Source: an uncultured Chloroflexia bacterium (GTDB lineage Bacteria; Chloroflexota; Anaerolineae; CG2-30-64-16). From it: DNA of 64,000 bases. The translations under genes and the position numbers were made by a program. The notes below the pieces were generated by a model. That model was not told where the DNA came from, searched no databases, and worked only from the letters and a program-made list of their open reading frames with translations. The number at the start of each line of letters is the position of its first letter. Positions within the stretch are counted from its first letter, which is position 1. The DNA lies in assembly GCA_963774265.1 (NCBI GenBank), contig CAVZDU010000007.1, forward strand, positions 504,683 through 568,682, given 5' to 3'. Positions 19,670 through 29,216 of the stretch are shown one piece after another.

Positions 19670-20333
19670 TGCTCCTCTCCTGAGCCCGGTACGTCCCTAT
19701 TTCCAGGCCCCGCTCTACGAAGTATTTGTACGTCCCGTATTCCACAAGGGGGGATACGCTGTGATCTACTTGGAGCACGTAGCCGCTGCCTGCCATCGCG
19801 CCGGGCAGCTTGCTCTTCAGCTCCGCCTCTACGGCCTGAAGATCGTTGCTTTCCAGGACTCGCTCGTCCATGCCGGCCTTGACTTCGAGCCGCTGCAGGC
19901 AGTTGATTCCGGCTTCGATGAGAGCCGGGGACCAGCGGCTCCATGTAGCCATCGCAGTGGAGCACCACTGCAGGCCGCAGCTATGGGCGAAGTCTTCGTG
20001 CTCCGGCGCGCCCGAACCGGTCTTGATCCAGCGCAGCAGCGCGCCGTTGCCGTCACGCACCAGCTTGACCGAATCGGTCTCCTCGACGATTTGTTCGCCC
20101 GCGTCGATGTCGGCAACCAGGTTGATCGTGCGGTAGTCCCCTGGCGTGATCTCGCCACCGGTGCGCCGTACGTCCAGCCCGAAATGATCGCTCACCATCT
20201 CGGGCTGGGCGAAGTATCCTCCCTGCGACCACTTCTGGACCGTCTCGCGCCAGAAGACTTCGAAAAGGCCGATGCGATTGACGCGCTGGTGTTTCAGGAT
20301 GCGTCCGAAACGTTCTTTGCTGGTTAGTTGCAT
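19653..20333 (-). pseudogene. Second URO-D-like gene with two internal deletions
   Basis: N-terminus LTSKERF..LKHQ..RI, then jumps to AHS..VLHCDG..LIEAGI..LEVKAGMD and again to ERVL..GSGYVLQVDHSV; about 225 aa against 387 aa for the intact paralogue at 11725. Confidence 0.7.
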
Positions 20334-20386
20334 GCGTGCCTCTCAGTCTGCGCTGGCGCGGGTGTGGTTGCGTGATGACACTGTGT

Positions 20387-21027
20387 TCAGGCCATCCGTT
20401 TGAGTATGAAGAGCGCCGATCCCGGCTGGTTGTCGATCGCCACGGCGAAACCTTCTGCCATGAGCCGCCCGACCACCCGATGGCGCCGATCACCCCTCTG
20501 CATCCTAGCTCCAGATTGAAGAAGGGCAGGTGGAGCGTGGAGCTTTTCCCGGTGGCCGCGGCAAGCTCAAGCCGCGATCCGCCCTGCCGGTAGGTGAGCG
20601 GCGTGGCGAGAGGTTCGAAATCGTTGAGCTGCGTGGGGCTGCTCCGGGCGTGGTGCACCTGGCGCGGCGTCGCGGCGTCCGCGGGCCACAGCACATCGAG
20701 CGGCAGGATGTCGGCGAGGATGGGAGTGTCGGCCGCGCCGGTATTCCTGAAACAGGCCACCCATTCCACGGCCGGAAAGTCGACGTAGCGGGTAATCTCG
20801 CAGCGGCACTCCAGGCCGGAGCGCGGTTCGCTGAGCACGATGCGCCTGCAGACAACATCCTGCGCCTGCTGCACCCTTTCGCGACGCGCCTTCCACTCCG
20901 GCAACAGGGTGTGTGAAGGTTGGTCATTGTAGCGGAACGAGACGGGGAAGTGGCTCATGTCGTCGCCAGCCAGTAGAGCCAGTCAACCATCGCCGGTTGC
21001 TCGGATGGCTTCATGCATAGAGGCCAT
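20387..21027 (-). pseudogene. Alpha-galactosidase (GH36-like) remnant: N-terminal domain joined to the extreme C-terminus
   Basis: SFRYND..LECRCEITRY.DFPAVEWV..FRNTG..DTPILADILPLD..GKSS..LPFFNL..AIGWSG, then LMAEGFAVAIDNQPGSALFILKR; the catalytic barrel is absent. Confidence 0.65.
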
Positions 21028-21070
21028 AAGTGACCTCGCTCTCGCACGATTCTGCGAAACAAATGGATGA

Positions 21071-21124
21071 CGGTTAATTGTTAACCGACGGGGATATAGT
21101 AACACTGACCCGGTGCGTTGTCAA
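21071..21124 (-). promoter_or_regulatory. Sigma70-type promoter with palindromic operator for the GH36-URO-D-DHDPS operon
   Basis: Minus strand TTGACA (21124-19), 17 bp, TACTAT (21101-096); palindrome CGGTTAA-TTG-TTAACCG at 21071-87. Confidence 0.72.
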
Positions 21125-21340
21125 TCAAGCGTAGCACGCTACCGTATATCCAGGCGCACCGTTTGACATTGTGCTCAATGTCACTTGGTGGTCGCATTGA
21201 GTTAGACCGCTTTTGCTTTCGGTGCTAGATTGTATTGAGTTAACGGATGACTGGTAACTTCAGACGAGGTGATGCGGCCCGTGCCCGGCGGCGGGTGCCG
21301 GACCCCCGCCATGGTTGATGGGCAAGTAGTGGGGTAGTTC

Positions 21341-22061
21341 ATGGACAATGCTATTAGTTCGTTATCTCTCTCTGCGCCTTTCAGCCGAACCCTGAGCGAT
21401 CAGGTAGCCAATCAGTTGCGCGAGGCCATCCTGCGCGGGCAGCTAAAGCCCGGCCAACGCATCGTGGAGCACGAAATCGCCGATGCGATGGCACTCAGTC
21501 GGGATCCCGTGCGCGAGGCGCTGAAAATCCTGCAAAACGAGCGCCTGGTCGTGCAGTATCCGCATCGCGGCGCATTTGTCGCCTGGCTGACCTTGCGCGA
21601 CGCCGAGGAGATCTACAGCCTGCGCGAGGCGCTGGAGGTTATCGCTCTGCGGTACGCGATCGAATACGCAACGGATGAGCAGGTAGAGGAATTGGGCCAG
21701 GTCATCAACCGGATGACAGCCCGGGTTCAACAGGAGTACACCCAGCCGGAGGCGACCGAGCTGGATCTGGAATTCCATCATACCCTCTGCCGCATCTCGG
21801 GCCACAGCCGGGTTCTGGCCGCCTGGATAGCTCTGCGCGGCCAGAACCCGGCTGCTGATTCTGACCCACCGCTTCCTCCACCCGATGGATTTTCGTGAGA
21901 ACGCGGTCGAGTGGCATTGGCAACTCGTCGAAGCTGTGCGTCTCCGGGACAGCAGGGCCGCGGAGGAGGTGCTGCGCAAGCACCTGGCAGCGTCGTTCGA
22001 GGCCACGAGCCGGGCCATCCGTGACGGCAAGTTGTCGCCGCCGAACAAGCAATACGGCTGA
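21341..22061 (+). CDS. GntR (FadR/FCD) family regulator; frameshift near 21845
   Basis: TLSDQVANQLREAILRGQLKPGQRIVE..LSRDPVREAL..PHRGAFV..ELDLEFHHTL. Confidence 0.85.
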
Positions 22062-22063
22062 CA

Positions 22064-22235
22064 GTGAAAGCCCAACTCTTCATTACTTGCCTGGGCGAGA
22101 ATTTCTTCTCGCCGGTGCTCAAGGACATGGTGCTTCTGCTTGAGCGGCTGGGCGTGCAGTGCGAGATGCCGGAGGGGCAAACCTGCTAGCCAGCCGTTTT
22201 TCAACAGCGGCTTTCAATCTCGGGCGCTGGAATAA
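22064..22235 (+). pseudogene. N-terminal fragment of a LutA-like CCG-domain Fe-S protein
   Basis: MKAQLFITCLGENFFSPVLKDMVLLLERLGVQCEMPEGQTC*..QPFFNSG; the CCG motif is broken and the rest is missing. Confidence 0.7.
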
Positions 22236-22258
22236 CGGTAACATTATCATTTGGCTTG

Positions 22259-22846
22259 TTAGAGAATGAGCGGGATAAACATCTTGCTGTGCTGCATGTA
22301 CTCCACGTATTCATCCCCAAAGTAGGCGATATTTTCGCGCTCCTCAACGCGGGCGGTGGCGGCCAGGAAGAAGGTGCAGAGCAGCGTCAACCCGGCATCC
22401 AGCCAGGAGGGCGATTTGAAGACTATGCCCCAGGCCAGGAACAGGAGCGAACTGTATAGAGGGTGGCGGATGTGGCGGTACAGGCCGGCAGTCACCAGCC
22501 GGGAGGTTTTCTCCATCCCCAGCAGCGCCGGGTCGCTCCGCGCCGCATAGGGATGCGGCGCATTGCGATGCGATGCATCGCGTCTACCAGCTTCGTGTAG
22601 TAGTTTTGCGCCTGGGATGACCAAGGCCAGCGAGATGATCAGCAGAATCCACGAAACCAGTTGATGCCACGCCAGCGGGTCGCGGAACCAGCCCGCCGCG
22701 TTGAGCAGCAACATCCCCAGCAGGATTTCCCAGGCGAAGAGGCGGTAGAAGCCGTGCGAGCGGACGCGCAGCAGCGATTTGCGTGAGACGAAGAGCAGGG
22801 CGGCTGTCCCCAGGATAAACAGGATGATCGCCAGCAGGGTGCTCAT
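22259..22846 (-). CDS. Isoprenylcysteine carboxylmethyltransferase (ICMT/PEMT) family membrane protein
   Basis: LVTAGLYRHIRHPLYSSL, ARVEERENIAYFGDEYVEYMQ..MFIP. Confidence 0.88.
   Translation of the reverse strand: MSTLLAIILFILGTAALLFVSRKSLLRVRSHGFYRLFAWEILLGMLLLNAAGWFRDPLAWHQLVSWILLIISLALVIPGAKLLHEAGRRDASHRNAPHPYAARSDPALLGMEKTSRLVTAGLYRHIRHPLYSSLLFLAWGIVFKSPSWLDAGLTLLCTFFLAATARVEERENIAYFGDEYVEYMQHSKMFIPLIL
22547..22587. repeat. GTAG-type REP-like palindromic element inside the ICMT gene
   Basis: ATAGGGATGCGGCGCATTGCGATGCGATGCATCGCGTCTAC; contains palindrome GCGATGCATCGC and a terminal CTAC. Confidence 0.55.
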
Positions 22847-22853
22847 TCGACGT

Positions 22854-23516
22854 TCATTCCGCGCGGGTGCGCTGCCGGTCTACGAACATCCATCCTGGCA
22901 GCGGCCGGCGGGTGAGCAGCGCCCGCCACTCCAGGAACCCGCAAAAGCCGATGAGGCCGAGATGGCTGAGGAAGAAGATGAAGTCATTCCCCGGCCAGAC
23001 CGGCGCCAGCGGGGTGAAATTGACCTGGCCGGGCAGGTTGCCGGCATGCCCCGCGCACACATCGCGTTCCTCACCGCCCGCAGGGACCCGCACGCGCAGC
23101 CAGGTGTGGCCCATGTTCCACTCCGGCGCGTCGGCCACGCGCACCCGCAGAGAGAAGACGGCCCGCGCATCCACACCCAGGCGGTCGAGGAGCTGCTCGA
23201 GCGCCAGGTTGTACTGCGTGCAGTAGCCCATGCCGCGACGGAAAGCGGCTGCAGGCGTGTCCCACAGGTTGCGGCACGAGTAATACGTGAACTTGCGATA
23301 GACCAGGCGCTGCGCGTAGGTCACCAGCTCCCACCCGACCAGGCCGGTGCGCCGGCAGTCGGCCGCGGCATCGTCGAGCGTCTCGATCCCCTCCAACGCA
23401 ACCGGGCCGCGGCCGGCCAGCGCCCGGGCCGCGGGCAGCATCAGCAAGCCGAACCCCGCCGCGGTCGCGGCCAGGGATGTGATCCGTCGCGTCGGGCAGC
23501 AGGAAGGTCGGGACAT
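22854..23516 (-). CDS. Transglutaminase-like domain protein with N-terminal hydrophobic segment
   Basis: Candidate Cys-His-Asp triad: GMGYCTQYNLAL..LGV..GHTWLRV..RDVC. Confidence 0.75.
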   Translation of the reverse strand: MSRPSCCPTRRITSLAATAAGFGLLMLPAARALAGRGPVALEGIETLDDAAADCRRTGLVGWELVTYAQRLVYRKFTYYSCRNLWDTPAAAFRRGMGYCTQYNLALEQLLDRLGVDARAVFSLRVRVADAPEWNMGHTWLRVRVPAGGEERDVCAGHAGNLPGQVNFTPLAPVWPGNDFIFFLSHLGLIGFCGFLEWRALLTRRPLPGWMFVDRQRTRAE

Positions 23517-23650
23517 GGTTGCCTCCGGGGGGTGTGGTCTGATAGCGGTCGTTCTGCTCTCCCATCACTATACGCATAACCCAGTCGCGCGGTTGCTGCC
23601 TGTGGGAGCCGGTGCGCATAGTGCCGCGCAGGGACCCTCCCCCATGCTGG

Positions 23651-23913
23651 TCAGGGCGACTTCGAAGGTTTGTCCCCCTGGCGCACGAGCTCCCGCCAGA
23701 CCCGCTCGAACAGGCCCACGATCGCAGCCACGACGCGGATGGCGCCTTCGCGGGAGGGGGACGGCAGCTCCGCGGTCGTCTCGGCGAGCGCGGCGATCTC
23801 AGTCCGATACGGCGCGCGTTTGGGCTTCCGGCCGGACTGGCGTGACCGCCGTTCGGGCGGCCCGGCGCGCGTCGGGTCTGGCCGGTTGCGGATTTCCGTG
23901 AGTTCGATGCCAT
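23651..23913 (-). CDS. Small hypothetical protein downstream of LexA boxes; frame uncertain, probably frameshifted
   Basis: ATG 23913 (MASNSRKS...). A helical segment YRTEIAALAE..AIRVVAAIVGLFERVWRELVRQ* lies in another frame. A TATAAT lies upstream on the minus strand. Confidence 0.4.
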
Positions 23914-24011
23914 GCTTCGATGCTGCTTTCTCGGCCGCGCGCTGCGCCGCCAGGTCAGGTTGACGGCCGCGTCGCAGGGGCGAAGGAGCAGCAGCCATCC
24001 GGGACGCGAGC

Positions 24012-24063
24012 ATTATACAGAACACATGTTCATCGCGCAAATCGAGTCGCGAATATGTGTTCG
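24012..24063 (-). promoter_or_regulatory. Two LexA (GAAC-N4-GTTC) boxes over a minus-strand promoter
   Basis: GAACACATGTTC at 24020-31 is a perfect match; CGAATATGTGTTCG at 24050-63 has one mismatch; TATAAT on the minus strand at 24017-12. Confidence 0.72.
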
Positions 24064-24208
24064 TCGGGGAGTGGGTCGAATGGCCCATTTCCTCCCAAAT
24101 GGGAGGGCGACTACCAAAACAAACCTTATACATGATGTATAATGAATGTATACTATGGTGATTGAGCGTTAAGTTCGGTCACACATACTATAGAATAAGG
24201 AGAATGAA

Positions 24209-24997
24209 GTGTCTACGAAAAAAAGTGGGTTGAAGACCCTATTGCTTGCCCTTGTTGTGATCCTGTCGCTGAGCCTGCCCCTGGCAGCCTTCGCTGAGAC
24301 GGCTAACGGCATAATGACACCGACGGATGGCGCGAAGGTGACCGGCACGGTCAACGTGAAGGGTTACGCCAGCGATCCGAGCTTCATGAAGTGGCAGTTG
24401 GATGTGTTGCCGGGTGGCGATGCGAATGCGGCTATCTTCCTGGCGTTGGGTTCGACGGCGGGCGAGTTCACTCAAGCAGTGGACACGACGGCCTTCCCGA
24501 ACGGCGAGCATGCGCTCCGGCTGCGCGTGGTGCGGGCCGACAGCAACTACGACGAGTACGTCACCAAGTTCACTATCGCCAATGGCGAGGTGAAGCCGGC
24601 CGCGGCCCCTGTTGAGGCGAAGCCGGCTGCAGCCCCGGTCGAGGCGAAGCCGGTTGCAGTCCCGGCAGCTGCCAGTCCTGCACCGGCGCCGGCGACAATC
24701 GTGTCGGCGACGAACGGTTTCACGAACCTGAAGGATGGCGCGAAGGTGAGCGGCATGGTTGACCTGAAGGGTTACGCCGGCGATCCGAGCTTCATGAAGT
24801 GGCAGTTGGATGTGTTGCCGGGTGGCGATGCGAATGCGGCTATCTTCCTGGCGTTGGGTGAGAAGGCGGGCGAGTTCACTCAGGCAGTGGACACAACGGC
24901 CTTCCCGAATGGCGAGCATGCGCTTCGGCTGCGCGTGGTGCGGGCCGACAGCAACTACGACGAGTATGTCACCAAGTTCACCATCGCCAACCCCTAA
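24209..24997 (+). CDS. Secreted protein with two near-identical Ig-like domains and a Pro/Ala linker
   Basis: Signal peptide ..LPLAAFA. Repeat DGAKV.G.V..KGYA.DPSFMKWQLDVLPGG..VDTTAFPNGEHALRLRVVRADSNYDEYVTKFTIAN occurs twice. Confidence 0.85.
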   Translation: MSTKKSGLKTLLLALVVILSLSLPLAAFAETANGIMTPTDGAKVTGTVNVKGYASDPSFMKWQLDVLPGGDANAAIFLALGSTAGEFTQAVDTTAFPNGEHALRLRVVRADSNYDEYVTKFTIANGEVKPAAAPVEAKPAAAPVEAKPVAVPAAASPAPAPATIVSATNGFTNLKDGAKVSGMVDLKGYAGDPSFMKWQLDVLPGGDANAAIFLALGEKAGEFTQAVDTTAFPNGEHALRLRVVRADSNYDEYVTKFTIANP

Positions 24998-25020
24998 TCG
25001 GGCGCGCGCCTGACCATTTC

Positions 25021-25060
25021 AAAAGACCCCCGGGAGGAAGCTTCTCCCGGGGGTCTTTTT
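25021..25060. terminator. Rho-independent terminator, bidirectional shape
   Basis: AAAAGACCCCCGGGAGG-AAGC-TTCTCCCGGGGGTCTTTTT. Confidence 0.85.
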
Positions 25061-25190
25061 GCGTCTCCCCCTGCCGGCCCAATCACGCGAAGGGCGATCT
25101 GTTTGGGAATTGCTGCCCGGTCGTCACAACCCGTTGCCCACGAGGGTGATCTGCGCGATAATGTCGCTGTCAAGCCCCCACGGAGACCAA

Positions 25191-28100
25191 ATGGCGCGGG
25201 AACTGCAGGTCCGCTGTCTGGGTCGGCTCAGCCTTCATTGCCGGGATGCTCCTGAGGCTGCTGCCACTGAACTCCCTTTGCCTGCCACCCTCAAGGCACA
25301 GTCGCTGCTGGCCTACCTGGTCGTGAACCGGCAGGACTCCCACACCCGGGACCACCTGGCCGGGCTCTTCTGGGGCGATCGGCCGGAGCGCAATGCCCGC
25401 CGCTCCCTCGCCACCGCGCTCTGGCAGATCCGCCGCTGCCTGCCGGGCGATGACTTCATTCTCGCGGATGCCACCGATGTTCAGTTCAGCCCCCACAGCA
25501 CTTTCTGGCTGGACGCGGCGGAGTTCGAGCATCTGCTTCGAACCCGCGCGTTCCCTGACCATATCTCAGCGCTGCAGCAGGCCGTCGAGCTGTATCGCGG
25601 CGCCTTCCTGGATGGCTTTTACGACGATTGGGTGCTGAGCGAGCGCTACCGGCTGGAGAACCTGTACTGCGACGCGCTGGCGCGGTTGATGGCTGCGCAG
25701 GAGGCGCTGGGAGCGCACGCGGCGGTGCTGGCCGTTGCGCTTCGGCTGCTGGATCAGGACCCCCTGGCTGAGGACGCGCACCGGGCGGCCATGGCCGCGT
25801 ACTGCCGGTTGGGACAACGTCACGCGGCCCTGGCCCAGTATGCGCGCTGCCAGCAGGCGCTGGAGACGGAGCTGGGGGTCGCGCCCATGGCCGAGACCCT
25901 GGCGCTGCGCCAGGCGATCGTGGAAGGCCGCCTGGCGAGCGAGCCGGGGCTGACGGCCGCGACCCTGCCGGTCGAACCGCCGTACCGGGAGCCCGGCCGG
26001 CACCCCCTCGACGCCGGTGCGCAGGCGCCCCTGGTCGGCCGGGAGCAGGAGCTGGCGTTCCTGGCCGACGGCTGGCAGGCCGCGCTGCGCGGCGGGATCA
26101 GCCTGCTGCTTGTCAGCGGTGAGGCCGGCGTGGGCAAAACCCGGCTGGTGGGGGAATTTGCGGATCAGCAGCGCTGGCAAGGCGTGCGGGTCCTGCAGGG
26201 CCGCTGCTACGAGTTCGAGCGGCTGTTGCCCTACCAGCCGATCGCCGAGGCGCTGAAATCCCTGCCGCCGGCCGCGATCGATTCCGTTCCCGCCTGGGCC
26301 AGGCGGCAGCTGGTGCGCCTGGCGCCCGCTCTCTTCGGGCAGGAACCCGAGGCGGCTGGGCCGGCCTCCCCGCAGGGGGGCGAGACGCAGGAGCGGCTGT
26401 TCGAAGCGGCCTCTTTGTTCCTGGCCCACCTTGCGGCGCAGCAACCGCTGCTGCTGGTGCTCGAAGACCTGCATTGGGCCGCGGATTCGACCCTGCAACT
26501 GCTGCATTACCTGGCGCGGGCCCTGGCCGGCCAGCCTCTGCTGATCGTGGGCGCCCTGAGGACAGAGGCGGTCTCGGCCGCGCATCCCCTGGCCACGCTC
26601 GGTCGGCGGCTGGAGCGGGACGGGCTGGCGCGGCGCCTGGAACTGGCCTGCCTGTCTGCGGACGCGGTGGCGTCGCTGATCGGCCGCATGTCGGGCGAGG
26701 GTGAAGCCGCCAGACCGCTGGCCGATCGCCTGTACCGGGAAACGGAGGGCAATCCCTTCTACCTGATCCAGACCCTCAAAGCCCTGTTCGAGCAGGGCGC
26801 CATCCGCATGGAAGGGGGGACCTGGCAGGCGGATTACGCGGCCCTGGGCCGGGCCCAGCTGCCGTTGCCTGCCGGTGTGAGCGAGATGATCGCGGCACGC
26901 GTGGGGCGCTTGAGCGAAGCGGCCCAGGACGCCGTGCGGGTGGCTGCGGTGGCAGGCCGGGAGTTCGACTTCGACCTGTTGAACGCTGCATGGGGCAAGG
27001 GGGAGGAGGCCACGTTTGCGGCCCTGGATGACCTGCTGCGCCACCGGCTGATCGGCGAGGCCGCTGGGGGCGCGGACTACGCCTTCACGCACCACAAGAT
27101 CCAGGAGGCGGTGGTCGAGGGGCTGCCCCGCCATCACCGCCTCTACCTGCACGGGCAGGTAGGGCTGGCGATGGAGCGCTGGCTCGGCGCGGAGGCCGGC
27201 GCCAGGGCCGGAGAGCTGGCCTTTCACTTCGAGCAGGCCCGGCAGGTGGACGGGAGGCTGACGGACAAGGCGCTCGGCTACCTGCAGCAGGCTGGGCGCC
27301 AGGCCGAGCGGCAGTCGGCCAACCAGGAGGCGCTCGGCTACTATCGTCGCGGCCTGGACATGCTCCACACCCTGCCTGAGACGCCCGAACACTTGCAGCA
27401 GGCGATCGAGCTGCAAATGGCCCTGACCGTGCCCACGACGGTCGTCCACGGTTACGCCTCTCCTGAAACGAGACGGGTGTACGATCGGGCCAGCGAGCTG
27501 TGCCGCAAGCGGGGGACACGCCCGCGCTCTTTACGGTTCTCCTGGGGCTCGGACGGTACTACGGCGTGGCAGGCGATATGGCGACGGCGCTGGAGCTCGG
27601 GAGACAGGTCCTTGCCATCGCGGCAGGCCTCCGGGGATGCCGCCTGGCTGATAGAAGCCTACCGATCCATGGGCGGCCCTTTGTTTGGCCAGGGCAGGCT
27701 GCGGGAAGCGCGGGCGTTCTTCGAGAAAGGCGCGGCCCTCTACGACCCGGCGGACCACGAGCGCCATGCTTACCGCTTCGGCCATGATCCGGCCGCCGTG
27801 TGTCATGGCTACTTGAGCCTGACGCTGAGGCTGCTGGGCTATCCCGACCAGGCAGCCAGCCAGGGCCAGCGCCTGCGCGGCCTGATCCCGTCCTTTTCCC
27901 ATCCCACGAGCCTGGCTTACACCCATTGTTTCCTCGCGATGAGCGCTTGCCTGCGCCGTGATGCTCCGGGCGCCGGCCACGACGCGGAGGAAGCCATCAG
28001 AATCGGGCAATCTCATGGACTGCCGAGTTGGACGGCCCTGGCCGGGGTGCTGCGCGGCTGGGCGCTGGTCGAGCAGGGCCAGGAGGCCGAGGGATTGGCA

Positions 28101-28554
28101 CAGTTGAGGGAGGGCGTCACCGCGTGGCGAGCCATCGGGTTCGAGCACTTCGCGCCCTTCTGCCTGGCCCTCCAGGCGGACGCCTGCCTGAAGGCGCACC
28201 GGTTGCGAGAGGCCGCCGCCGCCCTGGCTGCTGCCAGGACCATCGTGCAGCGTGGCGCGGACCTCTACTGGATGGCAGAGGTGGACCGGCTGCAGGGGGA
28301 GTTGGCGGAGAGCCAGGGCAAAGACGGCGGGGAGGCAGAGGCCCACTTCCGCCGGGCGCTGGCAACAGCCCGCGGGCAGGAAGCCACTATGCTGGAGCTG
28401 CGCGCGGCTATGAGCCTGGCCCGGCTATGGCGCGGCCAGGGCGAGAGTCGCGGCTGCGCGGCAGATACTGGCCGAGGTCTACAGCCGGTTCGATGAAGGC
28501 TTCGAGACACCTGATCTACAGGCAGCGAGAAAACTGTTGGAAGAGCTCACGTGA
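25191..28554 (+). CDS. SARP/BTAD + STAND (AAA_16-like) ATPase + TPR transcriptional regulator; frameshifts near 27520-27620 and 28450
   Basis: KAQSLLAYL..RDHLAGLFW, LYRGAFLDGF..DWV, DPLAEDAHRAAM, Walker A GEAGVGKT, Walker B LLLVLEDLHWAD, TEGNPFY; ends FDEGFETPDLQAARKLL. Confidence 0.9.
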
Positions 28555-28578
28555 GTCCACTCGAAAGGAGAGAACCCT

Positions 28579-28995
28579 ATGTCGTCGCAGGAGAACAAGG
28601 CCTTGGTGCGACGCTTCGTCGAGGAAGTGCAGTGCCAGCACAACCTGGCCGCGCTGGACGAACTGTGCAGCCCGGATTTCGTTGACCATAGCGGCACGAC
28701 AAATCTGCCGGGTGTGGAAGGCACACGCCGGTTCTTCACCATGATGTTCGCCGCCTTCCCGGACATGCACTTCACCATCCGCCAGCAAATCGCCGAAGGC
28801 GACAAAGTGCTGACGTACAAGACGTTCCACGGCACGCACCTGGGGACGTTCATGGGCATTCCAGCCACGGGCCGGGCAGTCACCATCGACGTCATGGACA
28901 TCCTGACGGTGACCGACGGCAAGATCACCGAGCACTGGACCGTGAGCGACATGCTCGGCATGCTGCAGCAGCTCGGCGTCGTGCCGGGGCCGTAA
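28579..28995 (+). CDS. SnoaL-like ester cyclase family protein
   Basis: ENKALVRRF, AAFPDMHFTI..IAEGDKV, GTHLGTFMGIPATGR, DGKITEHW. Confidence 0.9.
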   Translation: MSSQENKALVRRFVEEVQCQHNLAALDELCSPDFVDHSGTTNLPGVEGTRRFFTMMFAAFPDMHFTIRQQIAEGDKVLTYKTFHGTHLGTFMGIPATGRAVTIDVMDILTVTDGKITEHWTVSDMLGMLQQLGVVPGP

Positions 28996-29012
28996 CTAGG
29001 TCGTCCGCTGCA

Positions 29013-29045
29013 GGTCGCCGGCTTTCCAGCAGCCGGCGACCCTTT
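29013..29045 (+). terminator. Probable terminator hairpin
   Basis: GGTCGCCGGCT-TTCCAGC-AGCCGGCGACC followed by CTTT. Confidence 0.6.
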
Positions 29046-29100
29046 ATGGCGCTTCCCGCCGCCCAGGACAACGACGTCTGGATCGACGGGAAGCTTTTTG

Positions 29101-29133
29101 TTTGACACTTTTTTGACACCCCCGGCGTATGCT
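29101..29133 (+). promoter_or_regulatory. SARP-type promoter: direct repeats at 11-bp period plus -10
   Basis: TTTGACAC at 29101 and 29112; TATGCT at 29128, exactly 8 bp after the second repeat. Confidence 0.6.
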
Positions 29134-29216
29134 GGCTAGCAGTCGTGTCCAACATGGGCGCTGGAACGACGCAACTTTACCCAGCCCCACCGTCCACTCA
29201 CGAAGGGAGGTTCATC

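Noticed and set aside
24330-24990. Long direct repeat as CRISPR or mobile-element end
   Set aside because: It is an in-frame domain duplication within one CDS; no spacer structure and no cas genes.
25566-27449. Long antisense ORFs (627 aa here, also 15773-17209 and 60124-61326)
   Set aside because: Expected shadows of GC-rich coding strands; no motifs or RBS support.
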